The notes under the pieces: model-generated
Seen by the model: only the letters and a program-made list of their open reading frames with translations
What the model was told of the DNA's origin: nothing
The model's database searches: none
Position numbers and translations under genes: made by a program
NCBI RefSeq assembly: GCF_016432865.1
Contig: NC_067402.1
Coordinates: forward strand, 16,802,001-16,866,000
DNA length: 64,000 bases
DNA from: Antechinus flavipes
Taxonomy: Eukaryota
Direction of reading: 5' to 3'
Part shown: positions 45,801-57,830 of the stretch, piece by piece
Position numbering within the stretch: the stretch's first letter is position 1
Layout of the letters: every line of letters begins with the position of its first letter

Positions 45801-47284
45801 TAAGGTTATGTTGTAGACAAGGGTCTTAACTCAGAATATAAAATGTTATAGAAATTTCAAGATTGTTGGTTTATTACATAAGCAAGTACTATGCAGAACT
45901 TTCAGTCTTTTAAATGATGAATTTTTAAAATGTTGGTTGTGCCTCAAGCTGTTAAAAAGTAAAATATTAAAGAGCTTAAAGAAAAAAAAAAAAAAAAGAA
46001 GGGCATGTTACACTTAGACTTCTCCCATATGGAAGTTAAACCATACAGGACAAAACACCTTTATTCGTGTGTTAACCCCTCCCTCTTTGCTCCCAAAGGT
46101 TTACTTTTGGTGCTCTGGGGGTTCCTTGTCACCTGGGGGAGCCTACATTGTCATCCAAAGCATTGGGCTATGCAGTGTTTGTAATCCCAGCAAGAAAAGA
46201 TGAACAGAGGCGGGAGGAGGGGTGCCAGGCAATTGTTGCCCCTTTCTCCTCCTGATTCTCTCCTGTTTGCATGACACCTGTTACAGACCACTAGGCAGAC
46301 GCCCACAGCACGAGGACTGGACGCTGGCTTCCTGCCCTGTCTCTGCCCTCTACCACCCAATCTTCCTGGCCCCTATTTCCCCCTCCTTAAAATGGGGGCA
46401 CTGAGCTAGATGGCTTCTGGGCTTCCTCCCAGATCTAGGTCCCGATCCACCGTAAGACGCCATCCTTTGGCCTGTTATCTTTTTGATTTTACTGTCATCC
46501 TAATGTTTACATGAATTTACTTTCAGCACCTGCTAGGCAGGAGGTAGTTTGGTTCAGTGCACAGATGCTGACTTACAGGGCTGCTGTTAATGTGTTTTCC
46601 TGAATTTACTTCACATCTGTTTTAGTAAATTGTCCTTTTCCATCGCTACAATTAGATGTCCTGTAATTGATGTATAATGGAGGTAGATTGGCCCAGAGGG
46701 ACCAGTGCTACAAGCATATCCAGAGATTCCCTGCCCACTTCTGGCCACGGTGTTGCCGGGCTTTCTCCTAGGGGATGGATAAAGGTACCACCTGCCACTC
46801 CCTGGCTCCCTTCCTTCTGGCTTGGATGCATGGTGATGTCTCTGAGCTGTCCAAGGGGAACAAGCTGGGGGAGGGGGGTTCCTTAATGAAAATCTGGGCG
46901 ACCGTGTCCTGCCTGGCAAGGTGGGATGGGGCAGAACAGGGACGTTTTCACTAGCAAGGACTGAACATTCGGGTACAGAGTAAAAAGACAAAGTTAATCC
47001 AGAGGCTTTGTGAGTGACGGTTGCCTATAGCATCATTTTAATTATATGCCTAGTATTTTGTCTTTCTAGGCAGGATTCAGTGTCATTAATCTTTTTGCAG
47101 GTTTTAAGAGACTGGACATAGTTAGGAGTTGCTGCATTTCTGAATTTTTAGGAAAGATCTGAAATATTAAAAGGAAGATCTTCCCCCATTAATAGTAATA
47201 ATAATTCTTATTACTATTTGAACTGAACCTATATGTTGGCAGGCACTTTTAGTAAGAAAATTCCCTTTTGTCAGTGCAGTCCAG

Positions 47285-47977
47285 ACTTGTTCAGCAGTTT
47301 ATATTCCATTACATTCATATACTATAAATATGAATACATATATTGTATTTGACATGTACTTTAACATGTTTAAGATGTATGAGACTGCCTGCCATCTGGG
47401 GGGGAGGGGAGGAAAGGGAAAAGTTGGAACAGAAGTGAATGCAAGGGTCAATGTTGAAAAATTACCTATGCATATGCTTTGTCAATAAAAAGCTATAATA
47501 ATAAAAAAATATATGCTATAACTTATTCAGCCATTCCCCAACTGATGGGCATCCACTCAGTTTCCAGTTCCTTGCCACTACAAAAAGATCTGTTATGTTT
47601 TTGCATATGTGAGTCCTTTTCCCTCCTTTATTATTTCCTTGGATTACATACCCAATAATAACACTGTTGAATCATGCAGTTTTGTAACCCTTTGGGCACT
47701 GTTCCAGATTGTTTTCCAGAATGGTTGATCATTTTACAACTCCACCAACAATGCATCAGTGTCCCAGTTTTCCTATATTCCCTCAACATTAATCATTATC
47801 TTTTCCTGTCATCTTAGCCAATCTGAGAGGTATGAGGTGGTACCTCATTGTTGTTTTAATTTAATCTGATTTTCTAATTAATAATGATCCAGAGCATTTT
47901 TATATGACTATCATATGACAATTGATAAATGGTCACAGGATATGAACAGACAATTTTCAGATGATAAAATTAAAGCC
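47285..47977 (-). mobile_element. L1 fragment with 5' inversion (about 47919-47977 inverted) and a nested + strand L1 tail (47328-47510)
   Basis: Orientation switches at GACTATCATATGACAATTG. The nested tail is flanked by ATATACTATAA / ATATGCTATAA. Confidence 0.75.
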
Positions 47978-48792
47978 TTCTCTAGATAAGTAGACCAACA
48001 TTTAGCTCAGTCTCTAGAATGCTTTAGTTCTACTAAGTTCACATCCAAAGTCAGCATCATTGTGGGATGAATCCTTCTCCTGGTCTGGTCCCCAAAGTCA
48101 TTATTCATTAATATTGTTCCTTTTTCTTTGCTCCTTGGGGACCTCTATGTTATGCTACCTGCATATGGCCGTAATTTCAGCTCCTAAATTTCTGTAGTTC
48201 ACTGTCTTGGGGAGAGAGTCTCCCTTACCTAATCTTATGGATCTCCACTCCACAACATAGTATGTCCAGCCACCCTACATTCTACCCTCCTCCCACCAGT
48301 ACTGTCTTATGTTCCACTATCTCAGACCAAAATTTCTTTTGCTGGTTCCTATTCCCCAAAATTTGTTGTATTTGCTTATGAGAATATAAACTCTACCAGC
48401 TAATATTATAAAATTAAAACGTTTTTTCATTTAAATGCCTAAACTTTTATTTGAATTGCATTTTGGTAGAACTATTTCTAAGTATTTTGTGCCCATTTTT
48501 GCATTCATAAATAGTACATGCTGAACACAATTTAGCATATTCTTCAAAACTGCCTCATCTTTATGAACATCAATTATTTTATTATGCCCATAATAAATTG
48601 ATGCCCTCAGGGATTACTGAGCCCTGGAGGGCTGTTGGCTTCCAGGTGAAACAGTTCTAAATAGCAGTAACTACTTCACTTCCTCCAAATAGGTACTAAG
48701 GCTCCTTCCTAACTGCCTATTTTATTTAACTCAAAATTCTATTGCATTCAATAAACGCTGAGTAAAATCAAGTTCACTGGGTAAATTAAATT

Positions 48793-49046
48793 GTTGTTGC
48801 TGTTATGTGGTCAGTCGTATCTGCTTCTTTGTGACCCCATCTGGGGTTTTCTTTACAAATCCTGGAGTAGTTGGCCATTTCCTTCTCTATCTCATTTTAC
48901 AGATGAGGAAACTGAGGCAAATAGAATTAAGTGGTTTGCCTAGGGTCACACTGCTCTTAAGTGTCTGAGGCTTGATTTGAATTCAGGAAGATGAATGTTT
49001 CTTACTTCAGGCCAAATAATCTACCCCTTGTGTCACCTAACTGCCC
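48793..49046 (-). mobile_element. MAR1-like SINE with an 11-bp TSD
   Basis: TAAATTAAATT at 48782-48792 and 49047-49057; full head, CORE and RTE-type tail. Confidence 0.85.
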
Positions 49047-50688
49047 TAAATTAAATTAGTTTTCCTCAAATTGCTAAAAAGCCTTGGTTTTTTTTGCTAT
49101 GTTGCTGATGACTGAAGTTCCTACAATTCTGTCCTCCCATGTTAGGTGTCATAATTTCATTCTTTACAAAGTAGATTACCCAAAATAACTACAAATCAAT
49201 TTCTATTACACTTTTGGAAAAAGACTACCACAAAGCAATGCTCCATGAAGAATTTAAAGCAAGATATCATTCATTATAGAAATAGTTACCTTCAAAAGCT
49301 TAAAACCTTTTTTGGCTGCTTATTTTAAAAAGTAAGTTTTTAACCTCAAAACCTAAGGCCAATGAGCATTACTTATTGATATTGAAACTGATTAGCTGGA
49401 AAGTATAGTTTCTTATATGGACAAGTATAAGGCTACTTGACATAACCGAGGCATCCCAAATTCCCCTGTCGATTTCTGAAAAGTACATCCTACATCTTCC
49501 CTGATTTTCATTATAAAAAATAATACAATGTTCCCAAATTCCCTCAAAATTTGTTGGCCAAGTTGGTCAATAGGAACACTGTTTTCTGTTGGTAGTTGAA
49601 GCTTGGACCCCTTCTTTTCGGCAGCATCCTAATCGTTGACAAGTCTCTCATCTCTTTCTGTTTTCTTTAGCCAAATAATAGGAATTAGTATTTCACTTCA
49701 ATATCCTATCTCCATGTCCACAGCAATTTGTTACTTTCTTTCTCCCATGAATGATATTTGTAAATGTCTAATAGAACTGGGATATACGTTCCAATTCACC
49801 CACAGACATGAGGTAAGTGCTCTATATTTTAGAATAACAAACTGGTCTGTTGCCTCTATAAATCTTGCTAAGCAACCTAGAATCATGGAATTTGCCTAGT
49901 TAGCTTTGTAGAAGCAGTTTAATCCTTTTCTCAAATTTTATCCCACCAGAGAACTTAAGGGGAATGTATTTATTTTGGTAAGAGTAAGAAATCCCAAGCT
50001 TAAGGGTTAATTAAGAAAATTCCCATTAGTGAATTTTTCATTAATTATTTTGTCTCAATTTACTTTAAAAGGGTTACCAAGCTTTTAAACAACTTGTCAA
50101 AACATAATAACCAATGCTAAAGTTAAAAAATGACTTAATAATAAAGGTAAAAAGAAAATGTGAACAAGATTGTACAGAATGAAAAAGATATGGGGAGAAT
50201 ATTTACACTGATGACACCATAGATTGAACCATCAAAGTGGGCTTTACCAAAAAAAATAAAATAAAAATGTTGACATAAAAATTGTCCAAAGATTCACTGA
50301 TAGGTACTATTGTCAATCATATTTATCAACATCTAAAGACAGTTTATTAAATCCTCAAAGTTTTGTATAAATGAAAATCAATGGACCCTGAGCAGCCTTT
50401 TCTGCCGTCTCATATGGGTTTTAGCTACAAGGCTGGACATATGGTGGAATTTTATAGAAATTAGATGTAGAAGGCAAAGATTCACACTTCAAAGAATAGA
50501 AAGCAGAAGGGGAAGATCTATATCAGGTCAAATAATGAAGTAGTCAGCGGATGCATACTAACCACTAACCTCTGAGCTATACTTGATTACTTGACTTAAG
50601 CAGAAATAACAAAACTGAATCAGAAATTCTCTTAATACTGATCAGTTAATTGTTGGACCTTAAGTTTAGTGTCTCAGCTAAATTCTAT

Positions 50689-50880
50689 CAGGGGTCCTCA
50701 AACTATGGCCTGCAGGCCAGATGCGGCAGCTGAGGACGTTTATCCCCCTCACCCAGGGCTATGAAGTTTCTTTATTTAAAGGCCCACAAAACAAAGTTTT
50801 TGTTTTTACTATAGTCTGGCCCTCCAACAGTCTGAGGGACAGTGAACTGGCCCCCTATTTAAAAAGTTGGAGGACCCCTG
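50689..50880 (+). mobile_element. OC1 (OposCharlie1)-like hAT MITE, 192 bp
   Basis: TIRs CAGGGGTCCTCAAACT / AGTTGGAGGACCCCTG. Right flank TTCTACAT fits an hAT target; the left copy is degenerate. Confidence 0.88.
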
Positions 50881-51709
50881 TTCTACATCATCTAGACTTG
50901 CATTCTCAAGCAAATAGAAGCAATACAACTAAAGTAGAAAAATTTTCCTATGACAATATATACTTAATTTTTCATTTTAAATTCTAACCAGTTTTTATTG
51001 AAATTATTAATTTGTAGCATTCTTTATGTGGGACCTGTGAGTTCCACTTTAATCCTTTGACTTTTTCAGAGAAATGACTTTTTTTCAAAATAAAAAAAAA
51101 TAGCTGCACCAAAAACAAGATTTTATTTGGATCTGTAAGATATTACTATTAGTATCTAATAATCAAATATTATGTTTATATATCACATATACCAACATAT
51201 ATAGTATTAACTGCTCTTCAGATATTATGATGGCACTAATAGCATCCGATTTGTGGCTGAGTTACAATTCCTACAGTGCCGATAGAGTTTAACCATTGGC
51301 CACATGTGTTTTCTATATACATATGATTCTCCACATCATTCCTCTTTCCTTGAACTCTATCTGTATTTCTTGAAGAGTGACCTCCAGACTTTGGGGAGGA
51401 TATTTTATTCCAACTGTTCTTACTATTTTACAACAGTAAATATCCTTTTTCTAAAAGGTAATTGAAATCTGGCTGAAAAGTCTCAGTGGGGAAGTACACT
51501 GGTGGGAGCTTATGTCGCATTGCTAGAAACTCAACTTTTAGAACTCAAAGAATAGTAGTATCAATTGCTTTCTAAAGCTCTGGAATATTAATGCAAGTGA
51601 AAATTGAGAAAATAGCCTGGAGAGGGTACTACAGTCAGAGAAGTGGAAAAGGTCTTCTCATTTGAAAATTTCTAGAGTTCACCTCAGTAGTCATTCAAAA
51701 TGCTACTTT

Positions 51710-51910
51710 GGGTAACTCTAATTCACTAGTGCCCTTCCTCCAGAAATTATTTTGTAACTTCTTTTCATATATTTTACATTTAATTTTCTGCATATGTTAT
51801 TTTCCCCCAATAAAATGTATATTCCTTGAAGACAGTGACTTTTTTGCTTTGTTTCCCCAGCTTACCATAGTTCCTGGTTTACAACAGATATTTAACAAAG
51901 ACTTGTGGTA
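51710..51910 (+). mobile_element. L2 3' end
   Basis: TTCCTTGAAGACAGTGAC...CATAGTTCCTGG...TTTAACAAAGACTTGT. Confidence 0.65.
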
Positions 51911-53370
51911 AGAAACTATTTTTATATCATTAAAACTAAATATACAATTATCCGTACCAATGGAAGAGAAATCTTCATGATTTCAGCAGTCAGTTTCAAC
52001 CTATCACCTATCAGAGGGAGTCATCCTCCAAGTTTATCAGACACCTCCTTTTCTTACTGAAGGGGTGTACCATTAATCATATGCAGTTTCCTGAGAATTA
52101 TAAAATGGTTGGAACTAGTGGGAAAACAACCGGAAGAGGAGTCCCAGGGTTTGTTGGCCAAAAGGAGAGTCTCTTCTCAGTTTAGGCAAACCTAGAATCC
52201 GAAGGGAGGCTGGACTTCCAGCTGGGCAACAGCAAAGGGACACCCATATTCAGAGATGTGAAGGGGATCTGACCCAGGGGCTCAAAGCTGATTCCTATCT
52301 CCATTGGAAGTAAAGAGAGGAAGTAAATAAGGAAAAAGTCAGAAACTAGAGATTCACTAGAGCTTTTGTTGTTTTTTGTTTTTTGTTTGAAGTAGAGAAC
52401 ATTGAGAAGCAAAAGAAGAGAATAAGAACAAGAAAGAGGAAGGCCTTTGAGAATCAAAGCACTGATACCTGGAAAGGTGGCAAAGCCTGGGAGGGAAGCT
52501 AATTTGGAGGGAAGAGGGAAAATGTGAGAAAAGAGAAGCTCCTCCAGTTCTTGGGCAGAGGACAGAGAATCTGGTGCAGACAATTTGATCTGGAGAGGAA
52601 GGAAGTTGAAGGAGCTCGAATAAGAATTCCCGAATCTTTTTAGTTAAGTAAAGTCAGGGATGTAAGTATTTACACTTCAGGAAGCAACACTAGTAACTCA
52701 GGCTTGATTTATTGCTTTTTTGATTGTCTAGACTTAAGAAAGAGGTGAATAAAATGTTAATAACACAGATTTATCTTAGAACATGGATGAAGAGCAGTCT
52801 AGAAGTTCTTCTAAACAGGGATTCCCCAATCAGGACAGCAGGTAAGGCTGCTGGTGAGGAAGTGCAACAGTCTGGAGACTGGATTGAAGACTAGATTGAA
52901 CTGAGAGAGAAATTGAGTTGGGATCTCATAGAAAATGGAAATAGCTATGTTTTGCATGACTTTACATGTATAATCGACATCATATTGCTTGACTTTTCAA
53001 GGGGTGGGAGGAAAAAATGTAGAATTCGGAATCTTAAAAAATACATGTTTTAAAAAATAGAGAGAGAGAGAATGAAAATGCTCTCAAATAATTATGAGGA
53101 ATGCAATAGTATCTTGTTACCTCCAGAGTATTGCCAGGCAGTTGTGAATTTCCAGCTGGAATTATCATCAGTCCGTGGGCAGAGCCATATGACTTTCTCC
53201 CATAAAACTCAAAAAAAACTGAGATTGGGTTGGCCCAGTGTTGGCCATCGTCAAGGAAAGTCTAGTTAAACAGAATAGGATTAGGAACTGGAAGAGACTT
53301 TCAGGCTCATTTAACCCTCAGCAGAAAACTGAATGTCAATGAGGGCATTAGCCCAAGATTACATAACAAG

Positions 53371-53539
53371 ATTTAACTTATTTTTAACATATTTAACATG
53401 TATTGGTCAACCTGCCATCTGGGGGAGGGGGTGGGAGGAAGGAGGAGAAAAATTGGAACAAAAGGTTTTGCAATTGTCAATGCTGAAAAATTACCCATGT
53501 ATATATCTTGTAAATAAAAAGCTATATATTAAAAAAAAA
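53371..53539 (+). mobile_element. 169-bp L1 3' tail with a perfect 16-bp TSD, inserted in a MIR
   Basis: AAGATTACATAACAAG at 53355-53370 and 53540-53555. Confidence 0.93.
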
Positions 53540-54183
53540 AAGATTACATAACAAGTTGGAAGCAGAAATGGGATTCCAACCATGGTCAATATGATTCCAA
53601 ATGGCCTTTCCACTGTGCCATGTTAACTCAGGGGGCAAGGGATACAGGGGCTCAACCAAAAGCATCTTTTAAATGGTATATCGGGGAGTCCAAGATGGAG
53701 GATGGAGGTATTTGGGACTGGGACTGGGAGAAGAAGAAAAAAGGAGTGAGGAAGTACAAGCTGGAGGGAAGAGAGCAGGTTTGGTGGAAATGAGTGAAGA
53801 GAAGAAATGGATATGAAGAGGCAGGGGAAGAAATGGGGAATTCACTGGGTCTGAGCCACTGGACATAGAGCAGTTCTGAATGGTGATGAGGTTCCAGGTT
53901 TTGCCCTACTTATGAGCAGATGGACTAGAGTAGTTGGAAAGGACATTTAATTTCTGATACAATGGAAAATTAATTGCTGACTTTGGCAGGACCTGTTTGA
54001 CTGGTTGATTGACTGGCACTCAGCATTTCCTGAAACTCCATCACTTCCTCACAACCAAAACCTACCTGACCAGGCAGACATAGTTTGAATATTTTCTCTA
54101 CAACTCTCCTTAGTTCAATCTTAATTCCCATTTGAAGAAAAACTGAGAGCAAAATCTTGCAAGAATGGGGTCTATCATAGCAG

Positions 54184-54400
54184 GGGTTTGCTGGTCAATG
54201 TTTAACAACCCAATATATGTGGGGATGTATGTTTGTGCACTTTTAAATTTCACCCATATTATTCATATTTTCTTAAATTTAGATAACCAACAAAAACTAT
54301 GAATAAAGCTTTGATTTGCAGGGAAGGTGGATTTCTGGGGTATGAATGCTCACGCTGAAATTTTAATAACCTCCGGCTGGTTAAAGCTGAATCCAGCATA
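54184..54400. mobile_element. hAT (Tip100-like) MITE, degenerate
   Basis: GGTTTGCTGGTCAATGTTTAACAACC start; AATGCTCACGCTGAAATTTTAATAAC...GCTGAATCCAGCA end. Confidence 0.5.
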
Positions 54401-54640
54401 TCCTTTCATAGCAGGGACCTAGGAAGTGGTAGAAGGGAACAGGAATGGAATAAGAGAGTAGGAGAGAGAGAAGAGCCTGGAGAAGTGAGATGTCAGGGTT
54501 TCTACTTCACAATTTTGGCACTGGCCAGCAGTTCAAATTCTACCTTCTGCAGGAGGTCTCTCCTGGTCCCTCCAGCTACTCGCTCCTCCCCTCTGAGATG
54601 ACCTTTCTTCTAATCTGTTTATGGATTGTATGTATCTAGC

Positions 54641-55030
54641 TTTTTTTTTAATAGCTTTTTATTGACAGAACATATGCATGGGTAATTTTTACAACATTGT
54701 CCCTTGCATTCACTTCTGTTCCAACTTTTCCCTTTCCTTCCTCCACTCCCTCCCCTAGATGGCAGGCAGTCTCATACATGTTAAACATATTATAGTATAT
54801 CCTAGATACGATATATGTGTGCAGTTCCATACAGTTCTCTTGTTGCACAGGGAGAATTGGATTCAGAAGGTAAAAATAACCCGGGAAGAAAAACAAAAAT
54901 GCAAGCAGTTTATATTCATTTCCCACTTTCTTTGGGTGTAGCTGCTTCTGTCCATCCTTGATCAATTGAAACTGAGTTAGATCTTCTCTTTGTCGAAGAA
55001 ATCCACGTCCATCAGAATACATCCTCATAC
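54641..55030 (-). mobile_element. Young L1 3' fragment
   Basis: Reverse complement of the same subfamily as 44227-44938. Confidence 0.9.
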
Positions 55031-55119
55031 AGTATCCTTTTTATTGACACTTTATTTTTATCTTTTGTTTTTGTATTATCTTCTTTTCCAAATATTCCCC
55101 TTCCTCTAATTCATCCCTT

Positions 55120-55400
55120 GTCAGTCAGTAAACATTTATTAAGCACCACTATGTGCCAGGCACTGAATTGGTACAGAATTATGCGTTGGAGAGTCCAAGA
55201 AAGGTGAAAAGCAAAAGACAATCTCTGTCCTGAAGGAATTTGCAGTCTAATGGGGGAAGATAATACACACCAAAAAAAAAAAAAAGTTGAAACAATTGGG
55301 GAGAAGAGTATCCTTTGAGGGGGCATCAAGAAAATCTGCAGTTGGAGAAAAAAAGAGGAGGTGGCTATACTGGGTCTCCCTTTTAAATGGAGATCTGAGA
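55120..55400 (-). mobile_element. L2 3' end
   Basis: GTCAGTAAACATTTATTAAGCACCACTATGTGCCAGGCACTG. Confidence 0.8.
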
Positions 55401-55604
55401 GGAGCTTTCTGATGTCTGCTCTCCCCACCAATCCCAGAGAAGAGGTGGGTCCCAGGACCAAGGTGGTACAGAGGACATGTGAGTTTCAGAGTTGATGCAA
55501 TCTTGCAGGAGGATGAGTTTCTGGAGACAATGATGAAGTCCAGGAGATTAGCCAGATGGGAAATGATGAGGTAGCTACATTGGGCCCCTCCTTAAATGCC
55601 CATT

Positions 55605-55775
55605 AATTGGAGAATGGCTGGGTAAATTGTGGTATATGAATATTATGGAATATTATTGTTCTGTAAGAAATGACCAGCAGGATTATTTCAAAGAGGCCTG
55701 GAATGACTTACAGGAACTGATGCTGAGGGAAATGAGCAGGACCAGGAGATCATTATACACGGCAACAACAATTAA
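55605..55775 (+). mobile_element. L1 ORF2-end fragment
   Basis: WYMNIMEYYCSVRNDQQD in ORF 55627-55938. Confidence 0.85.
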
Positions 55776-56679
55776 AAGGATCCTAAAGAAAGAAAGAAGC
55801 TTTTCAGCAAAACTAGCCCGTAAACTAAATCTGACACAGAGGAGACATTTTGCAGCCAGAGTTTCCCCACCTACACGGAAGGGAAGGAGATGCACTATTT
55901 ATTTTTTCCTGGGGGATAAGTTTAGTCATTCTAATTAAACAGCATTCAGAATTTGGTTTTTTGCTGTTCTTTTCTTCGCTGAAGACTTTAAGTTTCTTGT
56001 TTTCCTAGTTTTGCTTAATTTGTTTTGTAGCACTTGATATAAGTCTATTAATGCTTCTCTGTCATCATGTTCACAACACAGTAGCATTCCATCAGAAAAC
56101 ACTATTTCTTGTTCCACATTTGGTGTTTATGAATTTGCAGCTGAATGGGATCTTAGAGAGCTTGTATTCATCTCCTATTTTACAGGCTGCTAGTGATGCA
56201 GTGCATGAGTCTGAGCCTGGGGTCAGAAAGCCTGTGTTCAAATCCAGCCTCAGACACTTTTTAGCTCTGTGACCCTGGGAAAATCATTTAATCTCTATCT
56301 GCCTCAGTTTTCTCATTTATAAAATATTATATCATATAATATAATATCATCTACCTCTTGTTGTGAAGATAAGATAATATTTGCAGTGTTTTGCAAACTT
56401 GTAAGTACTATAAGTGTTAGCTCTTATTATTAATAACAATTTGGATTCAGACTCAAGACCCCGACTCCATATATAAGGCTCTTTCCATGGCATGATGCTG
56501 TCCAAGGTATTTAATGTTTCTTTTGCTTCTCCAAATTAATGTTTAATTTCTTGATTCCTATGCTACTGTTTCAAAAGTAACAAAAGGAAATATTTTTGTG
56601 CAATATATTTTTAAAATGTTTCAATAATATTTTTTCACTTTATAAATATTACAGGTGATTGGACCCTACCATTGGCATG

Positions 56680-57830
56680 GGTTCAGGGGATACATTTATC
56701 TTTTCCCAGTCCTAAACAATCCTTCTCTCACCACTTCTGGTCGTCCAACTACCCCTCATTTCTCTTTTTCCTTTCACTAAGCATCCTGAAAGAGTTGTCT
56801 ATACTTACTGTCTTTCCTTTTAGACGAACCACTGTCACCCCATGTCCCTCTGTGCTCTCTCAGTTTAGAATCACATTTATTCCCACACCTCTCTGCAAAT
56901 GATTCCCATATCAGTTTCTCCAGCTCTGGCATCTCTCCCGATCTTGAGACCTTAACATCCATTTTCCAGAGAACATCTTCTCTCCTGATAAATTAACCTC
57001 AAACTCCACATTTTCCAAAATGAGTAGATAATTGTTTCCCAAACTTGCTTTTTTTTTAAACTGTACTATTTCTGTTTGTCACGCCATCATTTTTCTATCT
57101 CCTCTTCTCCCATGTTTATAACTAAAGGGTCTTTGACTTTCCTTTCCCTTCAACTCTTCTCTTTAATCAGTTAGGAAATCCTCTTGATTTCATCTCTGCT
57201 ACATCTTTCATATCCATTCCCTCTTCTCTTTTCCCACGGCCATTTCCCTGGTGCGTTCTCCTATAGTTTTCCAGGAGCTACTTGAGCAATTTTCCCATCT
57301 TTATTTTTTTTTCATTTAACCCTGATGAAATACCGCTTCCAGAAAAATTTCTGATCATATCATCTGTCTGCCCAAAAGTCTTCAGTGATTTTTCCTGAGC
57401 AAAGTTCAGATCTTTTGCTTGGCATTCAGGGCACTATTTGATGCCATCCTATTACATTTTCAGCACCATGCACTTGATGCACAGGTAATACTCGTCTGCT
57501 CTTTATTCAACAAGGATCCCATGTAATTTCCTTCTTCCTTGACTTTTTTTATGCCATTCACTGTGCCTGAACTGCCTTCCCTTTCTTTCTTCATTTGATG
57601 AATTTCTGCCCATCCTTTAAAGTTGAATTCAAATGAGCTTTCTTCTATAATGTCTCCCTCCCTGGAACTTCAGAACTTAAGGTTGTATATTGTGGTTATC
57701 TCTCAGTTTTGCCTCAGACTCCACCGTAAGCTACGTTGCATTTAAACTTTCTACGCCCCCAGAATTTGGCACAATGCTTTGAGCAAATAGACATTTAATA
57801 AAGTTTTATTGTTATTGAATGAACAAATAG
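56680..57830 (+). mobile_element. L2 fragment, about 1.1 kb, ending at its 3' end
   Basis: Pyrimidine-rich decayed L2 body (CCAAACTTGC..., CATTCAGGGC...), ending TTTAATAAAG...TTGAATGAA. Confidence 0.6.
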
